64,000 nucleotides of DNA from an uncultured Candidatus Binatia bacterium (GCA_965213675.1 CBDCAF010000018.1:1-64000); one strand, 5' to 3'; shown: positions 1 to 10,140, counted from the stretch's first letter. Program-made: numbers and translations. The notes: generated by a model from the letters alone, not told the origin.

Positions 1-1
1 C

Positions 2-496
2 GTCCTCACTCTGATGGTGGGGCTGGTGTTGACCGCCAAGCAGTGGCAGTTTCAGGCGCGGCTGTTCCCCTGGAGCATCGGCATCCCCACCATGATCTTG
101 TGTTTCCTGCAACTGGGCCTGGACCTCTTCCGCAACAGGAATGAGGACGAGGATCTCGCCGGGGTGATGGACCTGCCGGTGGACCGCAGCGTGCCGGTGG
201 CGGTGGTGATCAAGCGCGCGGTGAACATCTTCGCGTGGATCTTCGGCCTCTATGCCTGCATCTGGATCATCGGCTTCATCCTGAGCGTGCCGCTCTTCCT
301 GCTCCTCTACCTGAGGCTGCAGGCGGGCGAGTCCTGGAAGGTGGCGGTCAGCTACATGGTGGTGATGATGGCGTTCATGGTCGGGGTGTTCGAGATGGTG
401 CTGCACATCCCCTGGCCGCCGGGCTTGATCGACGGCCCGCAGGCGTTTATCCTCGGACTGGTGGAGCGTCACTTGTCGAGCCTGGTGCCGATATGA
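2..496 (+). CDS. C-terminal part of a tripartite tricarboxylate transporter membrane protein (TctB-like/TctA C-terminus), truncated by window start
   Basis: Frame open from window edge; ~4 hydrophobic helices, 'ARLFPW' and 'FEMVLHIPWPPG' TctB-like segments; Bug/TctC genes downstream. Confidence 0.6.
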   Translation, partial: VLTLMVGLVLTAKQWQFQARLFPWSIGIPTMILCFLQLGLDLFRNRNEDEDLAGVMDLPVDRSVPVAVVIKRAVNIFAWIFGLYACIWIIGFILSVPLFLLLYLRLQAGESWKVAVSYMVVMMAFMVGVFEMVLHIPWPPGLIDGPQAFILGLVERHLSSLVPI

Positions 497-504
497 TAGA
501 ACTC

Positions 505-534
505 TTGACATTTGCCGCGCGGTTTACGTATAAA
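505..534 (+). promoter_or_regulatory. Candidate sigma70 promoter
   Basis: TTGACA (505-510), 18 nt spacer, TATAAA (529-534), upstream of GGAGG RBS and ATG 581. Confidence 0.45.
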
Positions 535-580
535 CAGGCCGTCTGGATCAGCGGAAGAAATAACCAAAGGGAGGTAGCAT

Positions 581-982
581 ATGGTTGCGAAGAAAAGGTT
601 AGTTGGTTTGGCCACGGTCTTGGGAGCGTTGTTCCTGTTGTCCACCGTCGCCATGGCAATGGGCCCCAAGCTGATGGTGGACGTGGGCGATACGAAGAAG
701 GGTCGGCTGCAGGTCAAGATCTCCGCTGAAGGCTTGAAGGCGGGCCAAGAGGTGGGGATCCGGACGATGATGGGCGGCGTCCTTTCGGATGTGAGCTTTC
801 TGGTAAAGCCCGCCGTTGAGAAGGCCGACGACAAGGGCATGGTCTCCACGACTTGGGGCATCCGGGGCCGGACCATCAAGCGCCTGCTGAAGCCGGGCGA
901 TCACGAGGTCATGCTGGTGGACGGTGACGGGAAAACCCTGGCCAGCGCGAAGCTGACGATTCCAGCTCCAAAGAAGAAATAG
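581..982 (+). CDS. Small exported hypothetical protein
   Basis: Strong RBS, basic/hydrophobic signal peptide ending AMA, beta-rich mature part. Confidence 0.7.
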   Translation: MVAKKRLVGLATVLGALFLLSTVAMAMGPKLMVDVGDTKKGRLQVKISAEGLKAGQEVGIRTMMGGVLSDVSFLVKPAVEKADDKGMVSTTWGIRGRTIKRLLKPGDHEVMLVDGDGKTLASAKLTIPAPKKK

Positions 983-1202
983 GTTTGGTGCGGACGGAGC
1001 GCCCCCGGTTTTCGCGCCGGGACACTCCTGATGCAGGTCGGTTCCGGCAGGGACGGCCGTCAAGGACAGACGGGCTGAGGAACTCGGTTGTACGGGAGTC
1101 CTCAGCCCGTTTGCGTTTGTTGCCGGGTTTTCACGCAACGCGGAATGCGGCGGGCGGGCGTTCCCGAATGAATGGCTCCATGAGTCGAGAGGTGAACGAA
1201 TT

Positions 1203-2288
1203 ATGACGAGATCGAAAGCGGCGAGTTGGTCCACCTTGTTCTTTTTGTTGCTCTTCGCCGGGTTGTTGGCGACCACGGCGCAGGCCAAGACGATTAACAT
1301 CCTCATCGGTTATCCGCCCGGGGGCGGTCACGACATCGAGGCACGGGTCATGGCGCGGTACTTGGGGAAGTACCTGGATGGAAACCCCAAGATCATCGTC
1401 CAGAACATGCCCGGGGCCGGCGGCATGATCATGTCCTCCTATGTGTACAACCGGGCCAAGCCCGACGGCACCACAATCGGCCTTTTCGGCAGCAGCCACG
1501 GACTCCAGGCCGTGCTCGCGCCGCCCGAGATGGTCAAGTACGATCTCTTGAAGATGCCGATCATCTGGTCCGTAGCTGGCATCCAGGTTCATTTGACGCG
1601 GGAGTTTCTCGGAGCCAGAAACGCCAACGATCTGTTGACCAAGGTCGACCGCTCGAAGATAGTGGTGGCGGGCCGCTCCAAGCAGGGTTCCTCATGCCTG
1701 CGCGGCCAGTTGGCCCTGCGCCTTCTGGGAGTCGAGGAGTACACGGCGGTGTGCGCCTACGGGGGAACCTCACCCATCAGGGCCGCCATGGAACGGGGTG
1801 AGGCGAGCTACTTCGTGGCCAGCGACGCGCACCTGGTGGGCGGCGGCGCCTTTGTGGATCTGCATCAACGCAAACTCGTATTCCCCATGTACCAGAGCGG
1901 TATCCTCAAGGGCGATGGCACCATCGCACGGTCCGCTACGGTAAAGGGGGATGTCCCCACGCTGTATGAGGTGTACAAGGCGCACCACAAGAAGGAGCCC
2001 TCGGGCCCCGATTGGGAAGCGTGGCGCGCCATCGGTCTCGGCATCTCGAATCTGACCCGTACCCTGGTGCTGCCTCCGGGCATCGCCGCATCCAAGGTCC
2101 AGGAGTTGCGCGAGGCGGTCGGCAAGATGTCCAAGGACCCGGGGTTCGTCAAGGACTGGGAGCGGGTCTTCGGCCAGGAGCTTGGGCCCGTGCTCGTGAC
2201 GCCTGAGGATGCGAGCAGGATCCGCGACGAAACCATGGCGCCTGCCGAGTGGCAGGACCATCTCCGCAAGTTCGTCGCCGCCAAGTAG
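1203..2288 (+). CDS. Bug/TctC family tripartite tricarboxylate transporter substrate-binding protein
   Basis: Signal peptide; GYPPGGGHD, IVQNMPGAGG and KPDGTTI motifs. Confidence 0.85.
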   Translation: MTRSKAASWSTLFFLLLFAGLLATTAQAKTINILIGYPPGGGHDIEARVMARYLGKYLDGNPKIIVQNMPGAGGMIMSSYVYNRAKPDGTTIGLFGSSHGLQAVLAPPEMVKYDLLKMPIIWSVAGIQVHLTREFLGARNANDLLTKVDRSKIVVAGRSKQGSSCLRGQLALRLLGVEEYTAVCAYGGTSPIRAAMERGEASYFVASDAHLVGGGAFVDLHQRKLVFPMYQSGILKGDGTIARSATVKGDVPTLYEVYKAHHKKEPSGPDWEAWRAIGLGISNLTRTLVLPPGIAASKVQELREAVGKMSKDPGFVKDWERVFGQELGPVLVTPEDASRIRDETMAPAEWQDHLRKFVAAK

Positions 2289-2339
2289 GTGTTGGTTGAG
2301 GGGAGGGGCGACGCATCCCGAGCAAGAAGGGAGAAATCC

Positions 2340-3440
2340 ATGACCCTACGCAGATTGTCGTTGTTATTCGTGACCTGTGCGGTGCTGGGGACTCTTGTCC
2401 ATGGCTCCGCGCAGGCCTTCACTGAAGGCAAGAGAATCCAGATCCTTTCCGGCTATTCCCCTGGCGGCGGCCACGACACCGAGGGCCGGCTCATCGCCCG
2501 CCGGATCGGCAAGTATCTTCCAGGCATGCCTACGAAGGTGGTGAAGATCAACATGCCCGGCGCCTCCGGTCTGATCCACGGCGCCTACGTGCACCACAAG
2601 GCCAAGAAGGACGGGCTCACTTGGTCCATCATGGGCACGACCCACCTGAGCAGTTCGGTTCTGAGGGAGCCCAAGCCCAACTTCGACCTGACGAAGATGC
2701 CGGCGATCTATTCTACCAGCGGCGCTTCCGCCGCCATCGTCCGTGACTTTCTCAAGGTCAAGACCGGGGTCGAGCTGACCAAGATCGATCCTTCGAAGAT
2801 CGCGGTTTCCGGGCGTTCCCTGACCGGGTCCTCCTTTCTGAACGACGCAATCGGGCTCGATCTGCTGGGCATCAAGGGCTACAAGTTCGCGGTGGGTTAT
2901 CCCGGAACCGCCCAGATGGCGCTTGCGTTCCTGTCTGGAGAAGTTTCCTACGTCGGCGGCACCGGGCTCCATCACGTGCTCGGCAGCGGCGGCCGGTATT
3001 ACTCGTCCATCAAGGACGGGGTCGCCGTCGTCATCTGGCAAGGTGGCGTATTGACTCCCGACGGGAAGGTCATCCGCTCTCCGGGTACCGACATCCAGAC
3101 CTTCGAGGAGGTCTACAAGAACGTGAAGGGCGAGGCGCCCTCGGGCCCGGCGTGGGAAGCGTACAAGCTGACCGGTCCCACTCTGCGGACTCTGAACCGT
3201 ACGCTGGTGGTGCCGCCAGGGACACCCGCGGATCGCGTGGCGATCATCCGGGCCGCCTTCGACAAGATGTACTCCGATCCTGCCTATGTGAAGGAGTGGG
3301 AGAAGATCTTCGGGCTCAAGCTGGACTATATCAAGGGTCCGGACGCGGACAAGATCACCAACGACCTGCTCAAGCCCTCGCCGGGATGGGACTACCTCAA
3401 GAACGAGTACATTCCCGCGCTGTTGGCTCGCAAGAAATAG
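2340..3440 (+). CDS. Bug/TctC family substrate-binding protein (tandem paralogue)
   Basis: GYSPGGGHD, NMPGASG, GYPGTA and PPGTP motifs; ATG 2340 follows GGAG. Confidence 0.85.
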   Translation: MTLRRLSLLFVTCAVLGTLVHGSAQAFTEGKRIQILSGYSPGGGHDTEGRLIARRIGKYLPGMPTKVVKINMPGASGLIHGAYVHHKAKKDGLTWSIMGTTHLSSSVLREPKPNFDLTKMPAIYSTSGASAAIVRDFLKVKTGVELTKIDPSKIAVSGRSLTGSSFLNDAIGLDLLGIKGYKFAVGYPGTAQMALAFLSGEVSYVGGTGLHHVLGSGGRYYSSIKDGVAVVIWQGGVLTPDGKVIRSPGTDIQTFEEVYKNVKGEAPSGPAWEAYKLTGPTLRTLNRTLVVPPGTPADRVAIIRAAFDKMYSDPAYVKEWEKIFGLKLDYIKGPDADKITNDLLKPSPGWDYLKNEYIPALLARKK

Positions 3441-3520
3441 TGTGCCAGTTCGATTGCCGTCCGGCGCGCTCCACGCGCCGGGCGGCATGACTCTTCAACG
3501 GACACGACACCGGACAGTTC

Positions 3521-4912
3521 ATGAAAAAAGACATTCGCACCTGGATCGACCAGTTGCGCGGCGCCGGTGTGCTCGACACCATCTCCAAACCGGTGGATCC
3601 GCGCACCCAGATGGGCGCGCTTCTGTGGCAGTCGCGCGAACGCGCGCTGCTGTTCGAGAATCTCGCGGGGTATCCGGGCTGGCGCTGTCTCGGCCAGGCG
3701 CCAGGGGACGTGCGCCTCGCCCCATTGGCCTTCGGCTGCGACCGCAATGACATGGTGCCCGAGTTCGTCCGGCGCACCCAGGAGCCCGGCGCCACCCGGT
3801 TGGTGCCGTCGGGACCAGTCAAGGAACGCATCCTCAAGGGCGACGCGGTGGACATCACGAAGCTGCCGATCCACCAGTGCGGCATCCGCGACGGCGGCCC
3901 CTTCATCTCCGCCGGGCTCATGATCTCCAAGGACCCGGACACCGGCAACCGCAACCTGAGCTTCCACCGCCTGCAGATGAAGGGCCCGCGCAAGACGGGC
4001 ATCCTGCTCTACCCGCGCCACGGCTGGACCAACTACCAGAAACACGAAACCAGGGGCGAGGGCATGCCCGTGGCGTTCATGATCGGCCACCATCCCATGT
4101 ACTACTTCGCCGCCGCCACCTCCACGGACTACGGGCGGGACGAACTCACCATCGCCTCGGCGCTTCTCCAGGAAGAAGTGGAAATGGTGAAGTGCGAGAC
4201 CCTCGACATGGAGGTGCCGGCCCAGGCCGAGGTGGTGCTGGAAGGGGAGATTCTGCCCCACGTGCGCGAGGAGGAAGGACCCTTCAGCGAATTCCAGGAC
4301 TACTACCTGGCCGGCGCGGGGCAGAACCCGGTGTTCCAGGTCAATGCCGTCACCATGCGCGGCGACGCCATCTTCAAGAACATTCAGAACGGCGCCGAGG
4401 TGGAAGGCTGCGTGTACCACAAGGTGCCCATGTCCGCGCAGATCCTGCGGCGCATCCGCGGCGTGGGCGGCGGCGCCCAAGTGAAGAACGTGCTGGCGCT
4501 GCCGGGCATCTTCGGCATCGTCGTGCAGATGAACGCCCGCTACTACGGCGAAGCGCGCAACGTGCTCATGGCCGCCCTGTCCAGCGAGTACCAGCACCCC
4601 AAGGTGGCCATCGCCGTGGACGAGGATGTGGACATCTTCAACTACGCCGACGTGCTGTGGGCCATCTCCACGCGCGTCAACCCGGCCGAGGACATCATCA
4701 CCATCCCGGGCGCCAAGGTCCACGCCATGGACCCCTCGTGCCAGGAGGTGGGCAAGCCCGGCGCGCCCGGCTGGCACCGGGTGGGCGGCAAGGTGATGAT
4801 CGACGCCACCAAGCCGCCCGAGTGCGACCCGGCGCGGCGCTTCGAGTTCGAACGCCTGCAGCCCATGGGCGCCGGTCAGGTGCGCCTGGAGGATTTCCTT
4901 CAGGCCAGATGA
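3521..4912 (+). CDS. UbiD family (de)carboxylase
   Basis: DGGPFI, NLSFHR, EGPFSEF, VDEDVDIF, WAISTR and IDATKP motifs. Confidence 0.9.
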   Translation: MKKDIRTWIDQLRGAGVLDTISKPVDPRTQMGALLWQSRERALLFENLAGYPGWRCLGQAPGDVRLAPLAFGCDRNDMVPEFVRRTQEPGATRLVPSGPVKERILKGDAVDITKLPIHQCGIRDGGPFISAGLMISKDPDTGNRNLSFHRLQMKGPRKTGILLYPRHGWTNYQKHETRGEGMPVAFMIGHHPMYYFAAATSTDYGRDELTIASALLQEEVEMVKCETLDMEVPAQAEVVLEGEILPHVREEEGPFSEFQDYYLAGAGQNPVFQVNAVTMRGDAIFKNIQNGAEVEGCVYHKVPMSAQILRRIRGVGGGAQVKNVLALPGIFGIVVQMNARYYGEARNVLMAALSSEYQHPKVAIAVDEDVDIFNYADVLWAISTRVNPAEDIITIPGAKVHAMDPSCQEVGKPGAPGWHRVGGKVMIDATKPPECDPARRFEFERLQPMGAGQVRLEDFLQAR

Positions 4913-5014
4913 CTGGCAGCAGCACGTTTGCTGCAACGTCACTTCGGAATCGATCGACCAAGGGCGACCGGCGGCCGCCCCTGCGGCGTCCACCTCAGGC
5001 AAAGGAACCCGAAA

Positions 5015-5755
5015 TTGAGCGAAGTAGCCATCATCACCGGCGGCGCCAACGGCATTGGCCGTTGCGTCGCATTGCGGTTCGCCCGTGAAGGCATCGCCGT
5101 GGCCATTGCCGACGCCGACCGCGAGAGCGCGGCAGGGGTCGTGGACGAGCTGGCCGCCGCGGGCGCGCGTGCGCGCGCCTACGGCGTCGATGTAACCCGA
5201 GCCGCGGAGATCCAGGAAGTGGTGACGCGGGTGCGCGAGGATCTCGGACCCATCGACATCCTCTGCAACCTCGCCGGCGGCACCATCCACACCAAAGCCG
5301 TGGAGGACCTGTCCTGGGCCGAATGGCGCGAAGTGCTGGACGTGAACCTCAAGGGCACGTTCCTCTTCTGCCGTGAGGTGGCCCCCGGCATGATGGAGCA
5401 ACGGCGCGGCCGCATCGTCAACACCGCATCCAACTACGGCCTCACCGGCTGCGCCCTGCGCACCCCCTACTCGGCCGCCAAGGCCGGCGTCCTCGGCTTC
5501 ACCAAATCCCTGGCCCAGGAACTCGCCCCCTACGGCGTCCTCGTCAACGCCGTCGCCCCCGGCCCCACCGATACCCCGCGCGTCCTCGCCAAGGCCGCCC
5601 CCGGCTCCCGCGACGCCTGGAAACCGCTCATCCCCATGGGCCGCACCGGCCAGCCCGAGGACATCGCCGAAGGTTTCTACTTCCTCGTCAGCCCCCAGAA
5701 CACCTACATCACCGGCTACACGCTGAACGTCAACGGCGGCGTGGTGATGAACTGA
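5015..5755 (+). CDS. SDR family NAD(P)-dependent oxidoreductase
   Basis: TGGANGIG, YSAAK and VNAVAPG motifs; TTG start after AAGGA. Confidence 0.9.
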   Translation: MSEVAIITGGANGIGRCVALRFAREGIAVAIADADRESAAGVVDELAAAGARARAYGVDVTRAAEIQEVVTRVREDLGPIDILCNLAGGTIHTKAVEDLSWAEWREVLDVNLKGTFLFCREVAPGMMEQRRGRIVNTASNYGLTGCALRTPYSAAKAGVLGFTKSLAQELAPYGVLVNAVAPGPTDTPRVLAKAAPGSRDAWKPLIPMGRTGQPEDIAEGFYFLVSPQNTYITGYTLNVNGGVVMN

Positions 5756-5918
5756 GCCGCCATACCCTCCGAACTGGTGGAATCGGAACTCTTCGGTCAC
5801 CCCAGGAAGGCGAGGTCTTGCCCGTGGGGAGTTGGAAACAGGGTCTCAAGGATGTCGTCGCGCGGCTGAACGACAACGTTTTCAAGGCCGCGGGGTGAGA
5901 GCGCCGAGCCTTTGAAGT

Positions 5919-5937
5919 GTAACTAAAAACAGGTTAC
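5919..5937. promoter_or_regulatory. Palindrome GTAAC-N9-GTTAC, possible antitoxin operator
   Basis: Inverted repeat directly upstream of the TA toxin start. Confidence 0.35.
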
Positions 5938-5943
5938 TTATGC

Positions 5944-6210
5944 ATGTATGACGTCGTCATCAAGCGGAAGGTCTTGAGGCACATTGGAAGGCTGCCTGAA
6001 CCTGTTCAACGACGGTTCGCTAATCTTGTGGAGGATTTGCGGGACAAGGGACCGACCAGAGGAGATTGGCCGAACTTCAGCAAACTGGGAAGGGACACAT
6101 ATCACTGCCACCTTTACCGCGGTTGGGTGGCTTGCTGGTACTGTCACAATCGTGCTTCCGAGACGATTGAGGTCTACTATGCTGGCAGTCGTGAAAACGC
6201 CCCATATTGA
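5944..6210 (+). CDS. RelE/HigB-like type II toxin
   Basis: 88 aa, basic; 'LPEPVQRRF', 'YHCHL...WVACW' and 'EVYYAGSRENAPY' segments; overlaps an XRE gene. Confidence 0.7.
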   Translation: MYDVVIKRKVLRHIGRLPEPVQRRFANLVEDLRDKGPTRGDWPNFSKLGRDTYHCHLYRGWVACWYCHNRASETIEVYYAGSRENAPY

Positions 6211-6547
6211 GATCAGCATCAAGGGAAATATCCCGGATCGGCTGATGTCCGCTTTGGAAGCAGAGTTTGGCGATCAAGTTGTTGTCTCGGAAGAGCACGA
6301 CGATGAGTATGTAGATGTGTTCGATACCGACTGGTACCGAGAAGTCAAGTCCCGAATGACTCCAGGCGAAAATCTGAGAATCTACAGGGAAAACCACGGG
6401 TTGACGCAGGCGCAGTTGGGCAGGTTGCTGGGCGACGTTCCCCGCCAGCACGTCTCAAACATGGAACGGGCGGTGAGGTCGATCAGCCTGAAGACGGCTC
6501 GGAAGCTGGCAACGCTGTTCAAGGTATCACCGGAGAAGTTCATTTAG
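6179..6547 (+). CDS. XRE-family HTH antitoxin (HigA-like)
   Basis: C-terminal HTH 'LRIYRENHGLTQAQLG...HVSNMER'; toxin-first order. Confidence 0.75.
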   Translation: MLAVVKTPHIEISIKGNIPDRLMSALEAEFGDQVVVSEEHDDEYVDVFDTDWYREVKSRMTPGENLRIYRENHGLTQAQLGRLLGDVPRQHVSNMERAVRSISLKTARKLATLFKVSPEKFI

Positions 6548-6566
6548 TTGTGTCATTGGAACCTGG

Positions 6567-6722
6567 TGTCGTGTCCCGTAAATTCCTGCGATAATTTGCG
6601 GTTCTTTTCGCCTCCGGCTGCGTGGCTCTTCCTCGCGTGGTAACCGCCACTGCTCGTCATCGCGCCTTGCCGACAATAAAAATTTCTGCGCAACTTGTCG
6701 CAGTAATTTACGGGACCCGACA
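6567..6722. mobile_element. MITE-like element, copy 1
   Basis: Imperfect ~28-bp terminal inverted repeats (TGTCGTGTCCCGTAAATT.../...AATTTACGGGACCCGACA) flanked by CTGG on both sides; homologous to 26639-26796. Confidence 0.75.
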
Positions 6723-6839
6723 CTGGTTCGGAACGCCATGGATCACACCCGGCGCGGCAAGCTCGATCCTGTCACGGACGTTCCATGGGCCGGGGGTGTC
6801 ACCAACGCGGAAAGTTTCTGCTGGCGGAACCGCCAGCCC

Positions 6840-7640
6840 TCAGAACGTCTTCACCTGCTCCGGCCGCCACTTGCTCAGCCGCTCTTCGAGCTTCTTGACG
6901 GCCATGGTCATCACCAGGGAGATGCTCATGAACAGGATGAGGCCGGCGAAGACGACGTCGACGATGTAGTTGCCGGCGGCCTCGGCCATGAGGAAGCCGA
7001 CGCCTTGGTCGGAGCCGAAGAACTCTCCCACCACGACGCCCAGGATGGCGCGGCCGATGGCCAGCCGGAGGCCGGCGATGATGTAGGGCATGGAGTTGGG
7101 CAGCACCACGATCTTCATGAGCTGCCACTCGTTGGCGCCGAAGGAGCGGACGACGTTGACGAGCACGCGGTCGACGTTCTTGACGCCTTCGTAGGTGTTG
7201 ATGAGGAGCGGGAACAGCGCGCCGATGAAGACGATGACCACCGTGGACCAGATGCCGAAGCCGAACCACAGCACGATCAGCGGCAGGAAGACCAGGCGCG
7301 GGGTGGCGTTGAAGGCGGAGACGAAGGGGTCGAACATGGCGTTGAGCGTGTTGAAACGCCCCATGACCAGTCCCATCGGCAGCGCAACGACGATGGAGAG
7401 CCCGAGTCCGACGATGAACTCGGTGGCGCTGACGTAGAAGTGGAACGCCACCTGCCCGGAGGTGGTCATCTCGAACAGCTTGAGGGCGATGTGGTACGGG
7501 GTGGTGAAGAACAGCGCCAGTCCCTTGGGCAGCGTCACCACCGAGGGCAGGATCTCCCACGCCAGCAGGAACAGCACGATGAAGCCCCATCCCAGAATGG
7601 GTTCTTCTTTCTCCCGGTACTGCGACAGCAAGCGGTTCAT
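6840..7640 (-). CDS. NitT/TauT family ABC transporter permease
   Basis: Starts MNRLLSQ; 'VVRSFGA...VLPNSMPYII' EAA-like loop; GEFFGS. Confidence 0.88.
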   Translation of the reverse strand: MNRLLSQYREKEEPILGWGFIVLFLLAWEILPSVVTLPKGLALFFTTPYHIALKLFEMTTSGQVAFHFYVSATEFIVGLGLSIVVALPMGLVMGRFNTLNAMFDPFVSAFNATPRLVFLPLIVLWFGFGIWSTVVIVFIGALFPLLINTYEGVKNVDRVLVNVVRSFGANEWQLMKIVVLPNSMPYIIAGLRLAIGRAILGVVVGEFFGSDQGVGFLMAEAAGNYIVDVVFAGLILFMSISLVMTMAVKKLEERLSKWRPEQVKTF

Positions 7641-8422
7641 CGGTTCTCCCGGGTGCGCCAGGGCGCGATGGCGAGTTCGGCCCTGCGCAGGCCTTGGGTG
7701 AAGATCACGGCAATGATCATCAGCACGAGGATGCATACGAACATCTGCGCCAGCTGGTACATGTCGCCGTACCAGATGAGCGCGTGGCCGATGCCTTCGG
7801 AGGCGGCGTAGAACTCGCCCACGATGATGCCGACGATGCCCCGGCCGATGGCGATGCGCGCGCCCGCCACGATGTAGGGGAGGGTGCTCGGCAGGATGAC
7901 CTTGAGATAGAGATCGCGCTCCTTGCCGCCCAGGGACCGGACCACGTTGATGAGCAGCGTGTCCACGGAGCGGACGCCGGCGAAGGCGTTGAAGATGAAG
8001 GGGAACACCGCCAGCAGGAAGATCAGGATGGCCTTGCCCTTGACACCCACGCCGAACATCACGATGAGCAGCGGCGCCAGCGCCACCAGCGGGCTCGCGT
8101 ACATGGCGGTGAGGAACGGGTCCAGCGCGAACGCCACGCGGCGGCGCCATCCCATCACCACCCCCAGCGGAATGCCGACCACCACCGCGCCGGCGAATCC
8201 GTACACGAACGGCCTGCCACTGACGTAGAGGTCCTTCCACAACTCGCCGCTCAGGATCAGGTCGCCCGTGGCCGCCCACATCAGCGACGGCTTGGTGATG
8301 AAGAATGGGTTGAAGACGAAGACGTAGGTGAGCAGGAACTCCCACACCAGGAAGAAGCCCGCCACCGCCCCCGCCCCCAACAGGAAGCGCACGGTGCCTT
8401 CCGAAAGTCCCTTGATCCCCAT
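7637..8422 (-). CDS. NitT/TauT family ABC transporter permease
   Basis: Hydrophobic; 'VRSLGG...ILPSTLPYI' loop; GEFYAA. Confidence 0.88.
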   Translation of the reverse strand: MGIKGLSEGTVRFLLGAGAVAGFFLVWEFLLTYVFVFNPFFITKPSLMWAATGDLILSGELWKDLYVSGRPFVYGFAGAVVVGIPLGVVMGWRRRVAFALDPFLTAMYASPLVALAPLLIVMFGVGVKGKAILIFLLAVFPFIFNAFAGVRSVDTLLINVVRSLGGKERDLYLKVILPSTLPYIVAGARIAIGRGIVGIIVGEFYAASEGIGHALIWYGDMYQLAQMFVCILVLMIIAVIFTQGLRRAELAIAPWRTRENR

Positions 8423-8423
8423 G

Positions 8424-9200
8424 CTACTCCCTCGGGTTCAGCTCGTCCTTGAGGGTGTTCCAGATGTCGAGCTTGATGTCGTTGAACTCGGGTGTCAGGC
8501 GCATCTCGTAGTCCCGCGGCCGCGGCAGGTGGATCTTGATGATCCGTTTGGTCCGGCCCGGCCGCGCGGTCATCACGATGACGCGGTCCGAGAGGTAGGC
8601 CGCTTCCTCGATGCTGTGGGTGACGAACAGCACGGTCTTCTTGTGCTTGTCCCAGATCTGCAGCAACTCCGCCTGCATGAGGTCCCGGGTCTGCGCGTCC
8701 AGCGCGGCGAAGGGCTCGTCCATGAGCAGCACTTCGGGATCCGTGGCCAGCGCCCGGGCAAGCCCCACCCGCTGTTTCATGCCGCCCGACAGCTCGTGCG
8801 GAAAGTGTCCTTCGAATCCCGTGAGGCCCACCAGGTTGATGAGTTCCTGGGCGCGCGGCCGGCGCGAGGCCACCGATTCTCCCTTGAGTTCCGGTCCCAA
8901 CTCCACGTTGGCCATGACCGTGCGCCACGGCAGCAGGCCGAACTCCTGAAAGACCATCGCCCGCTCCACCCCCGGCCCGGTAATCTTCTTGCCGCCGATC
9001 TCCATTTCGCCGGCGTCGGGCTTGAGCAGCCCCAGGAGCACGTTCAGGAACGTGCTCTTGCCGCAGCCCGACGGCCCCACGATGGAGACGAACTCGCCGC
9101 TGCTCAGCTCGATGTGGAAATCCTTGAGTGCCGTCACCGGATTGCGGTTCTTGGGCGTGAAGGTCAGCGTGATGTCGGTGGAGCGGATGTAGGGTTCCAT
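8424..9200 (-). CDS. NitT/TauT family ABC transporter ATP-binding protein
   Basis: GPSGCGKS, LSGGMKQR, LLMDEPFAALD and VTHS motifs. Confidence 0.92.
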   Translation of the reverse strand: MEPYIRSTDITLTFTPKNRNPVTALKDFHIELSSGEFVSIVGPSGCGKSTFLNVLLGLLKPDAGEMEIGGKKITGPGVERAMVFQEFGLLPWRTVMANVELGPELKGESVASRRPRAQELINLVGLTGFEGHFPHELSGGMKQRVGLARALATDPEVLLMDEPFAALDAQTRDLMQAELLQIWDKHKKTVLFVTHSIEEAAYLSDRVIVMTARPGRTKRIIKIHLPRPRDYEMRLTPEFNDIKLDIWNTLKDELNPRE

Positions 9201-9318
9201 TGGCCCGAAACTACTATAACGGCATCGGGGTGACAAGGGAGATTCCCAGCCCACGGCAACCCTCGTTTCGGCCCCGGGCGGCCAGCGCAAGCAGGCCGCG
9301 CCCCATGACCGCAAACCG

Positions 9319-9342
9319 GGGGCGACCGCCGGTCGCCCCTAC
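9319..9342. repeat. GTAG-type REP-like palindrome (also at ~4961, 17160-17187 and 40872-40898)
   Basis: GGGGCGACCGCCGGTCGCCCCTAC; several intergenic copies. Confidence 0.6.
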
Positions 9343-9386
9343 GGGAACGTCCTGTGGCGCAAGCTCCTGGGCTGGGGATGGTTGCC

Positions 9387-10100
9387 CTACACCCCGAGAT
9401 AGCGGTGCCGCACGTCCTCGGCGCTGGCCAGTTCGGCGGAGTCGCCGGTCCAGACGATCCGCCCCTTTTCCATGATGTAGTGGCGGTCCGCGATTCGCAT
9501 CAGGGCTCCGTGGTTGCTGTCGATGAGGAGGATGGCCTGCCCCACGGCCTTGAGCCGGTCCAGGCAGCGCCAGATGTCGGCGCAAACGAGCGGGGCCAGC
9601 CCCTCGGTGGCCTCGTCCAGAAGGATCAAACGCGCGTTGGTCATGAGCGCGCGGCCGATGGCGAGCATCTGCTGCTCGCCGCCCGACAAGGCGCGGCCGT
9701 ACAGGTTCCCGCGCGCCTCCAGCGCGGGGAACATCTCGTAGATGCGTTCCACGGTCCAGGGGTCCGCGCCGGGACCTTGGGAAGCGGCGCCGTATCCGCC
9801 CGCCACCACCAGGTTCTCGCGCACGGTCAGGTTGGGGAAGACCTGCCGCCCCTCTGGCACCAGACCGATGCCGGCCCGGGCCGCCATGTAGCTCGGCTTG
9901 TTCTGGATTTCGACGTCCTGAAAACGGATCCTTCCTGCCCGCGGCGGCGTCAGTCCCATGATGGAGCGCACGGTGGTGGTCTTGCCCATGCCGTTGCGGC
10001 CCATCAGGGTTACTATCTCGCCGGCGTCCACCCGCAGGCTCACGTCGAACAGGATCTGGCTCGCGCCGTAGAATGTCTGGATGCCTTCGAGTTCCAGCAT
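9387..10100 (-). CDS. livF: Branched-chain amino acid-type ABC ATP-binding protein (LivF-like)
   Basis: GRNGMGKT, LSGGEQQMLAIGRALM and LDEATEGLAP motifs. Confidence 0.85.
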   Translation of the reverse strand: MLELEGIQTFYGASQILFDVSLRVDAGEIVTLMGRNGMGKTTTVRSIMGLTPPRAGRIRFQDVEIQNKPSYMAARAGIGLVPEGRQVFPNLTVRENLVVAGGYGAASQGPGADPWTVERIYEMFPALEARGNLYGRALSGGEQQMLAIGRALMTNARLILLDEATEGLAPLVCADIWRCLDRLKAVGQAILLIDSNHGALMRIADRHYIMEKGRIVWTGDSAELASAEDVRHRYLGV

Positions 10101-10140
10101 CGGGTTATTCCTGGAATCGCGCTGCTCCTGGCGCAAGGTC

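Noticed and set aside
3392-5800. Long antisense ORFs (also 22609-25179, 26679-29093, 48607-51507 and others)
   Set aside because: Shadow frames of well-supported genes in high-GC DNA, with no recognisable motifs
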